Of a stretch of DNA of 41,308 bases, positions 41,201-41,308 are shown piece by piece (the stretch's first letter is position 1; the number at the start of each line of letters is the position of its first letter). The stretch covers positions 1-41,308 of the IMG/VR virus record IMGVR_UViG_3300027994_000004; one strand, written 5' to 3'. The translations under genes and the position numbers were made by a program. The notes under the pieces are model-generated. The model worked only from the letters and a program-made list of their open reading frames with translations, was not told the origin of the DNA and did no database searches. The DNA is from a virus.

Positions 41201-41308
41201 AAAATTATCTAAAAACATTAAAAATAATATTCGTGCCTCAATTTCAGTAGATAAAAAAGGAATAAGAATCTACGAAGGAAACGAAAAAAGCAGAAGCGAA
41301 AGACTAAA
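38238..41308 (+). CDS. Tail tape measure protein (runs off the window end and finishes at 1..149; about 1030 aa in total)
   Basis: Frame is open to the last base. [64 protein letters not shown] is the conserved tape-measure core. Also has a TM segment [13 protein letters not shown] and long coiled coils. Confidence 0.9.
   Translation, partial: [1023 protein letters not shown]
41182..41308. repeat. Second copy of the 127-bp terminal repeat
   Basis: Identical to 1-127. Confidence 0.95.

Noticed and set aside
38404-41218. Several 60-118-aa minus-strand ORFs within the last 3 kb
   Set aside because: All lie antisense to the continuous tape-measure reading frame, which carries the conserved tape-measure core motif.
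1-41308. Diversity-generating retroelement, retron, CRISPR-Cas, toxin-antitoxin pair or other known defence cassette
   Set aside because: I recognised no reverse transcriptase, Cas-like protein, template/variable repeat pair or typical TA gene pair. Absence is based on visual motif recognition only.

Overview
The window is one complete tailed-phage genome. Bases 1-127 are repeated exactly at 41182-41308, so the unique length is 41,181 bp, and joining the ends closes the tape-measure gene in frame. The sequence is AT-rich. All genes but one lie on the + strand, tightly packed with many ATGA/TAATG start-stop overlaps. Intergenic gaps carry TAnnTTTG -7 boxes and almost no Shine-Dalgarno sequences, which suggests a Bacteroidota (Flavobacteriia-like) host; that host call is inference only.

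Gene order, read around the circle:
- TerS and TerL (27.1-29.1 kb)
- a 2 kb accessory island that includes the only minus-strand gene (29.1-31.1 kb)
- portal, prohead protease and HK97-type capsid (31.1-34.6 kb)
- connector proteins, major tail protein and two chaperone-position genes (34.6-38.2 kb)
- tape measure (38238 across the junction to 149)
- tail-tip and fibre proteins (0.15-7.0 kb)
- small membrane proteins and an M15 endolysin (7.0-8.5 kb)
- a compact 7-tRNA array (8.7-9.25 kb)
- a lipoprotein, an HNH endonuclease and a unimolecular-spanin-like protein (9.3-10.6 kb)
- early genes, many of them ORFans (10.7-27 kb), with YopX, ERF recombinase, a DUF3127-type SSB, primase-helicase, a second HNH, Dam methylase and NinG

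I saw no integrase, so the phage is probably virulent.

The most unusual signal lies just upstream of the tRNA array. A 23-codon leader ORF is followed by an intrinsic terminator. The ORF carries one cognate codon for each of the seven downstream tRNAs. It also contains a segment complementary to the terminator 5' arm. This looks like a tRNA-sensing attenuator.

All functional calls rest on motifs I recognised by eye. No searches or folding programs were run.
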